Source of the DNA: a virus
Direction: 5' to 3' (one strand)
IMG/VR virus record: IMGVR_UViG_3300030012_002828
Coordinates: 1-64,000 of that record
DNA: 64,000 nt
The notes beneath the pieces are model-generated. The model ran no database searches and was not told where the DNA came from. It was given only the letters and a program-made list of their open reading frames with translations. This document shows, piece after piece, positions 27,440 through 37,500 of this stretch. The first letter of the stretch is position 1. Each line of letters begins with the position of its first letter. A program made the translations under genes and the position numbers.

Positions 27440-27666
27440 GCGAAGAATTAACACTATTATTAAAAGAATTAGTAGAAAGAATAAAGACTTTAGAAACAAC
27501 CGTATACAATGCAGATAATGTATTGCTTAAATCCGGTCTTGTTAAAGTAGACGGAATAAAACCATCAATACAAAGTGCAAGTAGAGTACCAAGTGCTGAT
27601 ACAATAGCAAAAATGGATTGGTCGGAAATAGATGAATTAGTAGTAAGAATGGCAGGTGAACAATAA
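27436..27666 (+). CDS. Small scaffold-like protein
   Basis: Coiled N-terminus; C-terminus MDWSEIDELV resembles the protease C-terminus MSWEEINDLV. Confidence 0.65.
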   Translation: MSEELTLLLKELVERIKTLETTVYNADNVLLKSGLVKVDGIKPSIQSASRVPSADTIAKMDWSEIDELVVRMAGEQ

Positions 27667-28190
27667 TGGAATGGGATGCAAAACAAGAAGTAACTTTTGA
27701 CTATTCAGTACATAGTCATGGGGATGATAGAACAACCGCAGTATTAACACAATTAGTAGAATTAGCAAATTTGCTTTCTAATCATTTAGGAAGTAATATT
27801 GACCCTAATACAAAACCTACAACTCCAAGTCAAAAGAAAGCAGAAAAGGTTGATGTTGTTAGATTAGCAACTGCTAAACCTATTGAACAAACTATTTCTA
27901 AAGGATTTGTTAAAACAAGAAACACCTCAAGAGATTTTACAGGTCGTTCTATTTCTAAAGAAGATGAAGAAGAAATTGAAAATATTTTACCACAAGTAGC
28001 ATTAGTAGCAGGTGGTATGGCTGCAAGTAAAGTAAAAGATGATATAACAAATAAAGCAGACCCTATGAGTACATCTGAAGGAAAGGCTCTATTAGCATCA
28101 TTACAAGAAGCAGCAAATAAACTTAGAAAGTATTTAATGACTACAAGAGTTTCTGCTTCCCAAGCACAAAAGCCTTCTGATATGAGATAG
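27666..28190 (+). CDS. Hypothetical head-module protein
   Basis: Repeated TISK|G, SISK|E and ITNK|A. Confidence 0.65.
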   Translation: MEWDAKQEVTFDYSVHSHGDDRTTAVLTQLVELANLLSNHLGSNIDPNTKPTTPSQKKAEKVDVVRLATAKPIEQTISKGFVKTRNTSRDFTGRSISKEDEEEIENILPQVALVAGGMAASKVKDDITNKADPMSTSEGKALLASLQEAANKLRKYLMTTRVSASQAQKPSDMR

Positions 28191-28194
28191 GTGA

Positions 28195-30708
28195 TTGATA
28201 TTGCCTGTTACGGGAAGAATTGACCCACTATCAAGGGAAATTAGAATACTTTATGATAAAGTTAGAATTGCATATCTTAGTGCAAGAGAAAGACCTAAAG
28301 ATTATAAAGATGAATGGGAAACTGTTATTGAAAGATTACAAGAAAAATGGGATAGTCCTAAACCTATTGGGGATTTACTAAGGGAAAAACTATCTGAATC
28401 TTTACTATATAGTGAAGAAGCAAAAGACCCGCAAGGTGCTAAAGCAAAAAGAATACATGAAAATTTAAAAAATATTCAAGAGCAATCTTCGTTTTCTAAA
28501 GACCCTTTTAGGAAAAAATTTGGTGCTGAATTACCTAAAAAATTATTAGAAAATAAAGAAATTTATGCTATGTTTTTACATTGGGCGTATAGAGAGGGTA
28601 GAGGTTCTTTAGATACTTGGCAAAATTTTGGTAAATTAGAAGATAATTTTACTGAAGGTTTTGTAGGATTAGATTTAACAGACAAAGAAATTTTTGAATG
28701 GTTAGAAAAAAATTACGGTGAAGAAGTTAATATTAAAAGATTAAAATCTAAAATGCAAGCGGCAAGAGAACATTTGTATGAAGTTTATACAAGTGAGCAT
28801 AGTCCTGCTGAATGGCAAGAATTAACAGATACAAAAAGAATACTTAAAATGTTGAAAGAAGAAAAAGATACACTAAATAATTTTATTATACCTAATAAAC
28901 CAATGTACCGTATTTTTGAAATAGACGATATGAAAGAATTAAAAGGTTTTACAGGTGAGTATGTAGTACAAGAAAAATATGATGGTATGAGAATTCAAAT
29001 CCATAAAACAGATACAATAAAAGTATATTCTTATAATAATAGAGATATTACAAATAAATTTGATAGACAAATTAAGATAATGAAAAATGAAGATTTTCCT
29101 GAATGTGTATTAGATGCTGAGGTAGTTCTTTATGAAAATGACGAACCGTTACATAGAGCAGACACTATTTCTTATATTAATTCAAAAAAAGATGATTCAG
29201 CATTTGAATTAAAAGTACATGTTTTTGATATAATGAGATTGAGGGGAGAACATATTTGGAAAAATAAACTTGAAGAAAGATTAAGATTATTAATGGGTGA
29301 ATTTACAAAACTATCTGATAGTTATTTACAATTCCCAACTAAATCTAATACAAGATTCGCTGATTCTTTAGAAGAGATTGAAGAATATGCTAAGATTATT
29401 ATGGAAAATCCTACTTCAGAAGGTGTAATGATAAAAGATTCTAAATCTTCATATATAGTAGGTAAAAAGAAAAATCCTAAATGGGTAAAATGGAAAAAGT
29501 TTGTAGATTTAGATTTACTTGTATTAGATATTAGAAAGAATAAAAATGGAACATTTAGTTATACATTAGGTGCTGGCCCATTAGGTGATGAAGAATTTAA
29601 ACCTATTAAACAATATAATAATAGAGATTATCTTGTAGTAGGTAAAGCACTTAATACTAAAATTAAATCTGAAATAGGTAAAATTATTAGAGTTAAAGTT
29701 GATGAAGTAAAGAAAACTAAAACAGGTTTTTCTGTTTATAGTGCTAAAGTTATAGAAAAGCCTGAAGTTACCGAACCTGAAAAAATTATTACTCTTGAGT
29801 TTTTATCTAAAGATAATAAAAAATCAGCATCAGATTATAATTTAGAAGCACTAAAAAAATCATATACAATAACAGATAATATACATGGTATTGTAGAATT
29901 AAATACAAGTATTGATACTGACGGTTTTGTTTTATCGGGATTCTATCAAGATAATTTAATGGCTAAAAATGCTATTATAGATATTGATTTATGGAAACAC
30001 GAATTAGGAATGCTTTACAAAAAAGATAGTGGTAAATTAATGACAGTAGTTTCTCAAATAGTTAATGAGCAAGATAGGTCTAAAAAAGAATTAATACAAG
30101 AAATAAATAAAAGAGCACCTGATATTGTTAAAAGAATGTTTAGTGAAAAAGATGATAAGGATTTAATTAAGTGGGTTAATGAAAGAGCGAAGGCTTTTGG
30201 TATTTTGTATAATGAAAAAACTAAAGTTTATTATTATGATGAAAAAACATTAGTTAAATTACCAGAATCAGATTTTAATAAAATAGGAAAGGCCGAAGAT
30301 AGATACGAAGTTTGGAAAAGAGAAGATGGTGATTTAAATTTTATTTATGATACAAAGGGTGTAACATTTGCTTGGAGAATAGAGCAAGATAATACAAAAG
30401 ATATTTATGAATTATTTGGTAAAGCCACTAAATTTTTAGCAGAAATAGATGAAAAGCCTGATAAAGATAAATTATTAGATGAAGGAGAAATAAAATTAGG
30501 TGCTCAAAGAGATGGTTATCATGAATATTTATTAGAAGGTAAAATGTATAAAGGTAAATTTCATATTAGAGTAGTTCCGATATTAGGAGAAAATAGATGG
30601 ATAGCATGGACAGGTTATGAAACTAAACCAACCGATAAAGATAGTGATGAAGGAATGTGGAATTTAGATAAAGATAAATATAAAACTATTACATATTCTA
30701 ACGATTAA
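28195..30708 (+). CDS. lig: ATP-dependent DNA ligase with N-terminal extension and C-terminal LigD-phosphoesterase-like region
   Basis: Motif I QEKYDGMR, III VLDAEV, IIIa HVFDIM, IV EGVMIK, V WVKWKK, then an OB fold. Confidence 0.92.
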   Translation: MILPVTGRIDPLSREIRILYDKVRIAYLSARERPKDYKDEWETVIERLQEKWDSPKPIGDLLREKLSESLLYSEEAKDPQGAKAKRIHENLKNIQEQSSFSKDPFRKKFGAELPKKLLENKEIYAMFLHWAYREGRGSLDTWQNFGKLEDNFTEGFVGLDLTDKEIFEWLEKNYGEEVNIKRLKSKMQAAREHLYEVYTSEHSPAEWQELTDTKRILKMLKEEKDTLNNFIIPNKPMYRIFEIDDMKELKGFTGEYVVQEKYDGMRIQIHKTDTIKVYSYNNRDITNKFDRQIKIMKNEDFPECVLDAEVVLYENDEPLHRADTISYINSKKDDSAFELKVHVFDIMRLRGEHIWKNKLEERLRLLMGEFTKLSDSYLQFPTKSNTRFADSLEEIEEYAKIIMENPTSEGVMIKDSKSSYIVGKKKNPKWVKWKKFVDLDLLVLDIRKNKNGTFSYTLGAGPLGDEEFKPIKQYNNRDYLVVGKALNTKIKSEIGKIIRVKVDEVKKTKTGFSVYSAKVIEKPEVTEPEKIITLEFLSKDNKKSASDYNLEALKKSYTITDNIHGIVELNTSIDTDGFVLSGFYQDNLMAKNAIIDIDLWKHELGMLYKKDSGKLMTVVSQIVNEQDRSKKELIQEINKRAPDIVKRMFSEKDDKDLIKWVNERAKAFGILYNEKTKVYYYDEKTLVKLPESDFNKIGKAEDRYEVWKREDGDLNFIYDTKGVTFAWRIEQDNTKDIYELFGKATKFLAEIDEKPDKDKLLDEGEIKLGAQRDGYHEYLLEGKMYKGKFHIRVVPILGENRWIAWTGYETKPTDKDSDEGMWNLDKDKYKTITYSND

Positions 30709-30717
30709 GGGTTATCC

Positions 30718-30727
30718 TTTATATAGT
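30718..30727 (+). promoter_or_regulatory. Archaeal TATA box for the protease/capsid operon, probably a leaderless transcript
   Basis: TTTATATA about 25 nt upstream of ATG 30750, which lacks a GGTGA RBS. Confidence 0.55.
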
Positions 30728-30749
30728 TGAAAAAACAAATATACTACCA

Positions 30750-32033
30750 ATGAGTTCTCTTAAGGTTAAACCTATGAGATTAGGTAATCATTATTCAAGT
30801 GGTTCTGAATTTGCCGTACTAAAAGGTACAGGGAAAGATTTAGTTATCGCTGGTTATGCATCTGTTGATGTAGTAGACAAACAAAATGATTTAATTACAT
30901 TGGAAGCATTAAATGATGCGGCTGATAAATTTATGAAGAGTGATTATAAAAATGTAATGATTACTCATTCAAATGTACAAGTAGGAGAAGTAATTGATTC
31001 TTATACAGATACAAAAGGTAACTTGTTAAAAACAGGTTGCGACGATACAGGATTCTTTGTAGTTATAAAAATGAGGAACGATATTGAAAAAGCGAAAGAA
31101 GTAGCAAGAGATATTAAGAGAGGCAAACTTCGTTCATTTAGTATCGGTGGACAGGCTATTAATAAGCATAATGTTCACGACCCCGATATAGGAACATACA
31201 AAGAAATAGATAAATTAGAACTCCATGAGATTACAATTTGTGAAGAAGGAATAAACCCTGAAGCCAAATTTGAAATTGTGAAGGAAAACAAAAATAAAGG
31301 AAGTGAAAAAATGACCGACGAAATTAGTAAAGCATTAAGCGAGTTTGAAGACATTGTAGGCCAACTAAGAAATCAAATTGACAACTCAGTAGTTAAGGAA
31401 GATTTTGATGATGAGCAATCTATGGCAGAACCCGAAATGATGAGTGAAGAAGAAATGATGCCCGAAAAAGTAGATGATGAAGAAGATTTGTCATATAAGG
31501 CTGAATCAGTTGATGATGAAGAAGATATGGATGAAACAAAAGAAAAGAAAGCAGCAGATTCTATTGTTTATGGGCACAATGCAACAGGACAAAAAATGGG
31601 CGAAAGTAATCTAACAGGAAGATTTGATTCTGAATTTAGTGAATTTATTGCTCGTAAATCAGCAACACTTGATACACTTGACCTAAGTGAAGAAAATGTA
31701 GCAAAGGCATATGCACAATTTAAGGCTGAACAAGAAGAAGCAAGAGCATATGATTTGATTAAGAATGAATTTGAAGCAAGATACAATGCTGAACTAAAGA
31801 TGGAAGCAGACATGATTGCTAAAGAAAACTATGACGCAAGTGCTGAAGTTGCTGCTCTAAAAAATGAGTTTGCACAACTTCGCAAATCTCTTGAATCAAA
31901 TAATGAAGTAATTGCAAAGCAAGTTACTCAAGCAACCTCAAGACTATCTGATGATGTAATTTCAAAGATGGACAATATTGGTGAAATGTCTTGGGAAGAA
32001 ATTAATGACCTTGTTAATGAGGTACAAGGCTAA
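30750..32033 (+). CDS. HK97-type prohead protease fused to an acidic scaffolding domain
   Basis: IAGYAS..VDKQND, catalytic-type H (THSNVQVG) and S (SFSIGG), LHEITI..NPEA; acidic coiled C-terminal half. Confidence 0.93.
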   Translation: MSSLKVKPMRLGNHYSSGSEFAVLKGTGKDLVIAGYASVDVVDKQNDLITLEALNDAADKFMKSDYKNVMITHSNVQVGEVIDSYTDTKGNLLKTGCDDTGFFVVIKMRNDIEKAKEVARDIKRGKLRSFSIGGQAINKHNVHDPDIGTYKEIDKLELHEITICEEGINPEAKFEIVKENKNKGSEKMTDEISKALSEFEDIVGQLRNQIDNSVVKEDFDDEQSMAEPEMMSEEEMMPEKVDDEEDLSYKAESVDDEEDMDETKEKKAADSIVYGHNATGQKMGESNLTGRFDSEFSEFIARKSATLDTLDLSEENVAKAYAQFKAEQEEARAYDLIKNEFEARYNAELKMEADMIAKENYDASAEVAALKNEFAQLRKSLESNNEVIAKQVTQATSRLSDDVISKMDNIGEMSWEEINDLVNEVQG

Positions 32034-32068
32034 TCCTAATAAGGATTAAAAAAAAGGAAGTGAAAAAT

Positions 32069-33370
32069 ATGAGTTTAAAAATTAGAACAATAGCAGATTT
32101 AGAAAGAGCAACATACGGTTCTTTTGGTGGAAACAGTCTTATTAAGGCAAGTACAGGACAAACAGGTGGAGTAGGAGTTACAAGAGGTATTCATTCGGAT
32201 TCTAACTCAGGTGCTTTTAGCCCTAATGCTCTATACAATTTGGTTTATGGTCAAAAAGTTTGGTCTATGCTAAACCGTGAAATTAATGCATTCGCTATGC
32301 TACCTAAAAAGCCATATCAGTCAAGCGGCTGGAGAGTCATGATTGAAAGAGCAATTGGTGGTCAAGGTGATATTCTTAATATTGCAGGTGGAACAAATCA
32401 AGGTTCTCTAACAGAAGATTTGATTGGTGGTGTTGAAGAAAACGCTTCATTTACTACTAATGATGCAACAGCATTTGCCCCAATTGCACCAAAGTATGAA
32501 ACACTTTATGTTTCTCCTAAAACAATAGCACATCAATTTGAAGTTTCTGAATTGGCTGCTGCTATGGCAAAGATTGATGATGGAATTGGTGATATTATGG
32601 CCGCTTATAGAGAAGAAGTTGGTGTAACCCACGCTGAAATGATGAATCATATGCTTCTAACTCCATTGGAATCTAAGACTAATGGTTCAGGTACTTATGT
32701 AGGTGCAAATAATATTAAATCTCTTTATGAAATTGTAACAAGTAAGGCAGAATTGGAAGCGGCTGATGGTGGAAATCTATTTGCAGGTGCGCTACCAACA
32801 GAAATGAAGACTCTATATGGAAAAGATAGAACAAATGCTGCTAATAATACTTGGATGGATGCTTTTGTAGATTCTTCTGCTGATGCAACAACAAGAAGAC
32901 CACTAACTCTTAACTTGCTAAATACTGCTCTAAGAGAATTGCAAATTCGTGGTGCTTCACCAAAGGTTATTCTAACAGGATATGATACAATTCAAGCATT
33001 GGGAGAACTTCTACAATCTCAAGAAAGATTCATGGGAAGAACCGAAGTACTACCAACAGTAAATGGTATTAAAGGTGTAAAGGGTAGAGAAGTTGGATTT
33101 AAGGTTGCTACTTATCATGACATTCCTATTATTCCTTGTAAGGAAATGGGAAGCACAGGAACAGGTGCTGGATTGAGTGATATTTTCATTCTTGATACTG
33201 ACCATTTGCACTTTGCTACTTTGAAGCCAACAGAATATTTTGAAACCGGTATTGATTCGGGTGACCCATTTTCAGTAAATGGTCTACGAAACAAGGGTAT
33301 GTATCGTACCATTGGTGAAGTTGTTTGTACATATTTGAAAGCACAAGGAAAGATTACTAACCTATCTTGA
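32069..33370 (+). CDS. Major capsid protein (HK97 fold)
   Basis: Follows the protease; motifs SGWRV, PKTIAHQFEVS, VATYHDIPII, IFILDTDHL and QGKITNL typical of archaeal tailed-virus MCPs. Confidence 0.9.
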   Translation: MSLKIRTIADLERATYGSFGGNSLIKASTGQTGGVGVTRGIHSDSNSGAFSPNALYNLVYGQKVWSMLNREINAFAMLPKKPYQSSGWRVMIERAIGGQGDILNIAGGTNQGSLTEDLIGGVEENASFTTNDATAFAPIAPKYETLYVSPKTIAHQFEVSELAAAMAKIDDGIGDIMAAYREEVGVTHAEMMNHMLLTPLESKTNGSGTYVGANNIKSLYEIVTSKAELEAADGGNLFAGALPTEMKTLYGKDRTNAANNTWMDAFVDSSADATTRRPLTLNLLNTALRELQIRGASPKVILTGYDTIQALGELLQSQERFMGRTEVLPTVNGIKGVKGREVGFKVATYHDIPIIPCKEMGSTGTGAGLSDIFILDTDHLHFATLKPTEYFETGIDSGDPFSVNGLRNKGMYRTIGEVVCTYLKAQGKITNLS

Positions 33371-33400
33371 GGTTTTTAATTAAACAATAGGTGATTAAAA

Positions 33401-33763
33401 ATGGCACATACAGTAGGATTATTTGCAGACCATTTGGGTTCTGATGCACCGAGAGTTGTAGGAACAGAATATGTTGTAGATGGATATATTAATGTAACAA
33501 CCGCAACAGCAGGTGGAGAAGTAATACAAGCAAGTTCTTTTGGACTAAGTACAATAAGCCATGTATCAATAGGTGGACAAAGCACTCATTCTTCATTACA
33601 AGTTAGTGTTGAAGTTGGTGGTCATCCAGTAAATAATACAGGTGAATATGAAAGTAATGATTCTTTTGCACTAATTTTTGTAGCAAATGATGGAACAAAT
33701 GCAGCAGCAGATGGCGACATTACAGATATTGTTGTTAAAGTAAGAGTACACGGACAAATTTAA
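33401..33763 (+). CDS. Putative capsid decoration or minor head protein
   Basis: Small beta-rich protein right after the MCP; GGTGA RBS. Confidence 0.55.
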   Translation: MAHTVGLFADHLGSDAPRVVGTEYVVDGYINVTTATAGGEVIQASSFGLSTISHVSIGGQSTHSSLQVSVEVGGHPVNNTGEYESNDSFALIFVANDGTNAAADGDITDIVVKVRVHGQI

Positions 33764-33773
33764 GGTGGTTTAA

Positions 33774-34112
33774 TTGGTTAAAATTAGATACACTTTAGGT
33801 TTTGCCCGCCTTTATGGTAAAGAATTTTATCAAGGTGTTTGGACAGAAGCAAATCCACAGACCGTACTTAAAGTTACAGGTGCTGAAGGATGGGAAATAG
33901 AGGGTGAAACAATTCCTGAAACAGTAGAAGTTGTAGAAGAAACAATTGAAGAAGTTGTAGAAGAAACAATAGAAGTTGTTGATGAAGTGGTTGATTTATC
34001 CAAACTAACAAAGAAAGAATTACAGGCTCTTTGTGATGAAAAAGGTCTTGAATACAAGGCTTTTGATAACAAATCTGTACTGATTTCTTTGCTTGCTGAC
34101 GAAGAAGAGTAA
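33774..34112 (+). CDS. Acidic protein with C-terminal HeH/SAP (Rho-N-like) motif
   Basis: DLSKLTKKELQALCDEKGLEY..KSVLISLL; EVVEETI repeats. Confidence 0.7.
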   Translation: MVKIRYTLGFARLYGKEFYQGVWTEANPQTVLKVTGAEGWEIEGETIPETVEVVEETIEEVVEETIEVVDEVVDLSKLTKKELQALCDEKGLEYKAFDNKSVLISLLADEEE

Positions 34113-34136
34113 ATAAATAACAATATAAATTGAATT

Positions 34137-34183
34137 GAGGGTTGTCGCTACTTTTATTAGTGGCGACTCCCTCCTTTCTTTTT
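34137..34183 (+). terminator. Hairpin plus U-tract after the capsid operon
   Basis: GAGGG-TT-GTCGCTACT / AGTGGCGAC-T-CCCTC stem followed by CTTTCTTTTT. Confidence 0.7.
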
Positions 34184-34201
34184 AACGAAAGGTGTTTAAC
34201 T

Positions 34202-34495
34202 ATGGGAAGAATTCAAAGTACAAGAATAACAGGCGATACTAATGTTCAATCAGCAAGTCCTTGTGTATACAATGGATATACTTTAAGTCCAACAGGTACA
34301 GTTAGTGATTCAAGAACAGTATCTGTTTATGCAGATAATACAGGAACAGGAACAACTAATTTAATAGCAAGATATGTAATTACTCCATCATCGACAATTC
34401 AATATCATTATACTGATGGTATTCTTTGTACAAGTGGTTTGAGAATTGAATGTTCAGATTGGTCTGATTTAGAAATGTTTGTTTTACACTCTTGA
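34202..34495 (+). CDS. Small beta-rich virion protein
   Basis: AGGTG RBS, then ATG 34202 (MGRIQS..); the longer ORF call runs through the hairpin. Confidence 0.7.
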   Translation: MGRIQSTRITGDTNVQSASPCVYNGYTLSPTGTVSDSRTVSVYADNTGTGTTNLIARYVITPSSTIQYHYTDGILCTSGLRIECSDWSDLEMFVLHS

Positions 34496-34508
34496 GGGGG
34501 TGTAAAGT

Positions 34509-37500
34509 ATGACAGAATCAACAGAAGTACCTCCTTTTAGGGGAGTTTTTGATGAAATGGGTACATTGTGGAATGTAGAATCTGCTTTGAATTTCTTTTA
34601 TCAATTTCTAATTCCTCAAGGAGATATGCATACTAATAAACAAAAAAGAGTTAGAGCAGGTTTATTAAGATGGATGCTAACAAGTAGAAATTGGGAAGAA
34701 AGATATAAAGAAGATATTGATTTTAATAAGGCTACCTTTGATAGAATTAATAAACAGGCAATAGAAATATTACTTGATACATCTTTAGGGGAACTAAACC
34801 AAAATAGATATTATGCTTCAGTAGAGGATGGTGTTTATACACCTAAAACATTTACAGATAAAACTCATACACAAACCAACAAAGACGGTAGTACAGTTAA
34901 AATAACATTTAATTATGGTAAAAATTTAGGTGCTAATCCTTCAGGGTTAGAAACCTATGATAAAGAAGAATATACAAAATACCGTAATATGTTAATTACT
35001 TCTAAAAATGAATTAAATGCTTTAAAGGTTGATAGAGATTTTACTAAAGGTGCTACAAAGGCAGCATTTACTGTAAAAATTAACAATCAAAAAGAAGCAA
35101 TTGAAGAAGTAGAAAGAATGTTAGAAGGTGTTAAAAAACCAAGTTATGATGACAATATTAAATTAAAAGAGGTTTTAAATAATTCTCCTTCGGTAGAAAA
35201 ATTTTATTCGCTATATAGTATGAACCCTGAAACATATGAACAAAAAGTAGCATTAGGTTTACTAATAGAATCAGTACATAAAAATATAAATGCTGAAGAA
35301 TTTAAACAATACGAAAAAACCTTTGGTTCTTATCAAGACTTTGTTCAATTGATAGAAGACAAAGAAGCAGAATATCTTAAAATAACACAAATACCATTTG
35401 CTATTTCGCAAACAATGACAGGCATTTTAAAACAAGAAGAAGAAACAAACATAAAAGCAGACATAAAAAAATTAATTAATACAGAAAAAAGGGAAAAAGG
35501 TAAAGTTATTACACCGAGTTTAATTCAATTATTAGACTCAATTAAATATCCTATAAAGGTAGGAGAAGATGTTTCTTTAGAAGATAAAAGTGCCGTTACA
35601 AATTATATTACTGACAATTTAAAAAATGATACAAGTGGTGCAATAAGGTTAATAGAAAGAATTACTACTAACTGGTTTAAAACTAATATTGACCCTTTAT
35701 TAAACATACAATCTAAAGTTACATTTGAAACTGTATCAAGTCGCCCTGCTGAAAGAGAAGATGTATCTCGACAACCTGTTAAAATGAGCAAAGATACAAT
35801 TGAAGAATTTTTATTAGATAATGTAGTAGACCCTGAAAATGTATATATTTCAGGTAATAGAATAACAGCAAAGAAAAGAAAGGGTGAAGATAGAGCAAGA
35901 ATTGATGAAGTAAATTTAGGTTATACTGATACTACTAAAACTAAATTTAAAATGCAAATTAGATTTGAAAATCAAGAAATGGATTTTGAATCAGGATATG
36001 CTAAAACTATTGGTGCCGCTTCAAGGAATGTGATTTCAAGTGAATTAAATTATCTTAGAAAATTTAATACAAAAGGTACAGTAGTAATTAATTATAGTGG
36101 TAATATTAATCAAAATTTAGTAAAAAAATTGCCGGGTTTAAATGCTGACTATCAATGGAAAATTATTAGAGATATAATGAATAGTTATATAACTACTAAA
36201 AAATCTTCTTTTGAAGAAAAAGTAGAAGCAGCAATTAAGAAAAATGTTACAAGGGGAATGTTGGCAGATTTAGAAGTAGTAATAGAATTAATAGACGAAG
36301 TAGATAAAATTCAAAAAGAAAGTATAGGACAAGATTTAATAAATTTAGAAAATCATTCAACAACATATTTTCTTAATGATGGTTTATTTAAATTTAATTT
36401 AAATGAATTTAGAGATAAAATAAGAGAAGATTCAAAAAAACAATCAAAAAATTTAACAAAGCAACTTAGTTATGTTTCTAAAAATCTTAATAAAATTTTA
36501 GAATTTGCTGAAGATAATGAACAAGAAATACAAGAAGCATTTGAAATGTTAGAAGAAGACGATTCAAAAGAAGCAGCAAAAGAAAGAGCAAGAATAGAAT
36601 TAGAAAGAATATCTGAATCGCAAGAATTACAAGAAGCAAGAGAACTTGCTGAAAGAGAAAAAGAAGAAGAAGCAGCAGGAGAAGAAGGAGAAGGGTTGCT
36701 TGCACAAGCCCTAACTGAAGAAACATTTGATGAGTATGAAGATGAAGAAACAGGTCTTACTATTAAAGAAATTAAAAATTTACAATTACTAAATACTATT
36801 AAAGAAGTAAATGATAATAGTAGAAGGTTTGTTGCACTATATGAAAATATTAGATTATTAGTTAGAAGTATTAATAGAATAAATAAAGTTAAGGAATCTA
36901 ATATTGTTACAGAAGAATTTAAAAGATTATTAGATGAATGGGCTGAACTTGTTTCTTTTGATTCAGGCAAAATACAACGATTAAAAGAATTACTTGGTAC
37001 AATTGATGAAGAAAAAGATGATAAAGGTAATTTTAAAAATCCTCAACAAGACATTAAAAATAAAGTTAGAGATTATAAATTACAAATGGAAGAACATTGG
37101 AATAGTGTAAAAACAATGGAAGAGTTTCAAAAGTTATCAGCAGGAGATATGGTTAGATTAGTAAATGAATTAGATTTAAGAAAGGCTTTATCAGAAGATT
37201 TACATAAAGATAAATCTTTTAATAATGCAAGACTTGGACAGGTTAAAGCGTCAAGTAGAAATTTAGAAATACAAATTGATTATGCTAAAAAGAAATTATT
37301 ATTAAAAGGTAAAATTGATTGGCAATCTGATGCTGAATCTTATGTGGGTTATAGAACAGCAGGTACAGAAAGTTATAACCCTTTAAAAAATACTCAAGGT
37401 ATGGCAGTAGACCAAGCAAGAAAACTTAGAGGCAGGAAAGTTACAGGTACAGGTAGAATACAAAGTAGAGGACTTACAGGTACAAACTTTAATGATTTAA

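Noticed and set aside
34142-34201. N-terminal extension (MSLLLLVATPSFL) as a signal peptide
   Set aside because: It overlaps the terminator hairpin; the RBS supports ATG 34202.
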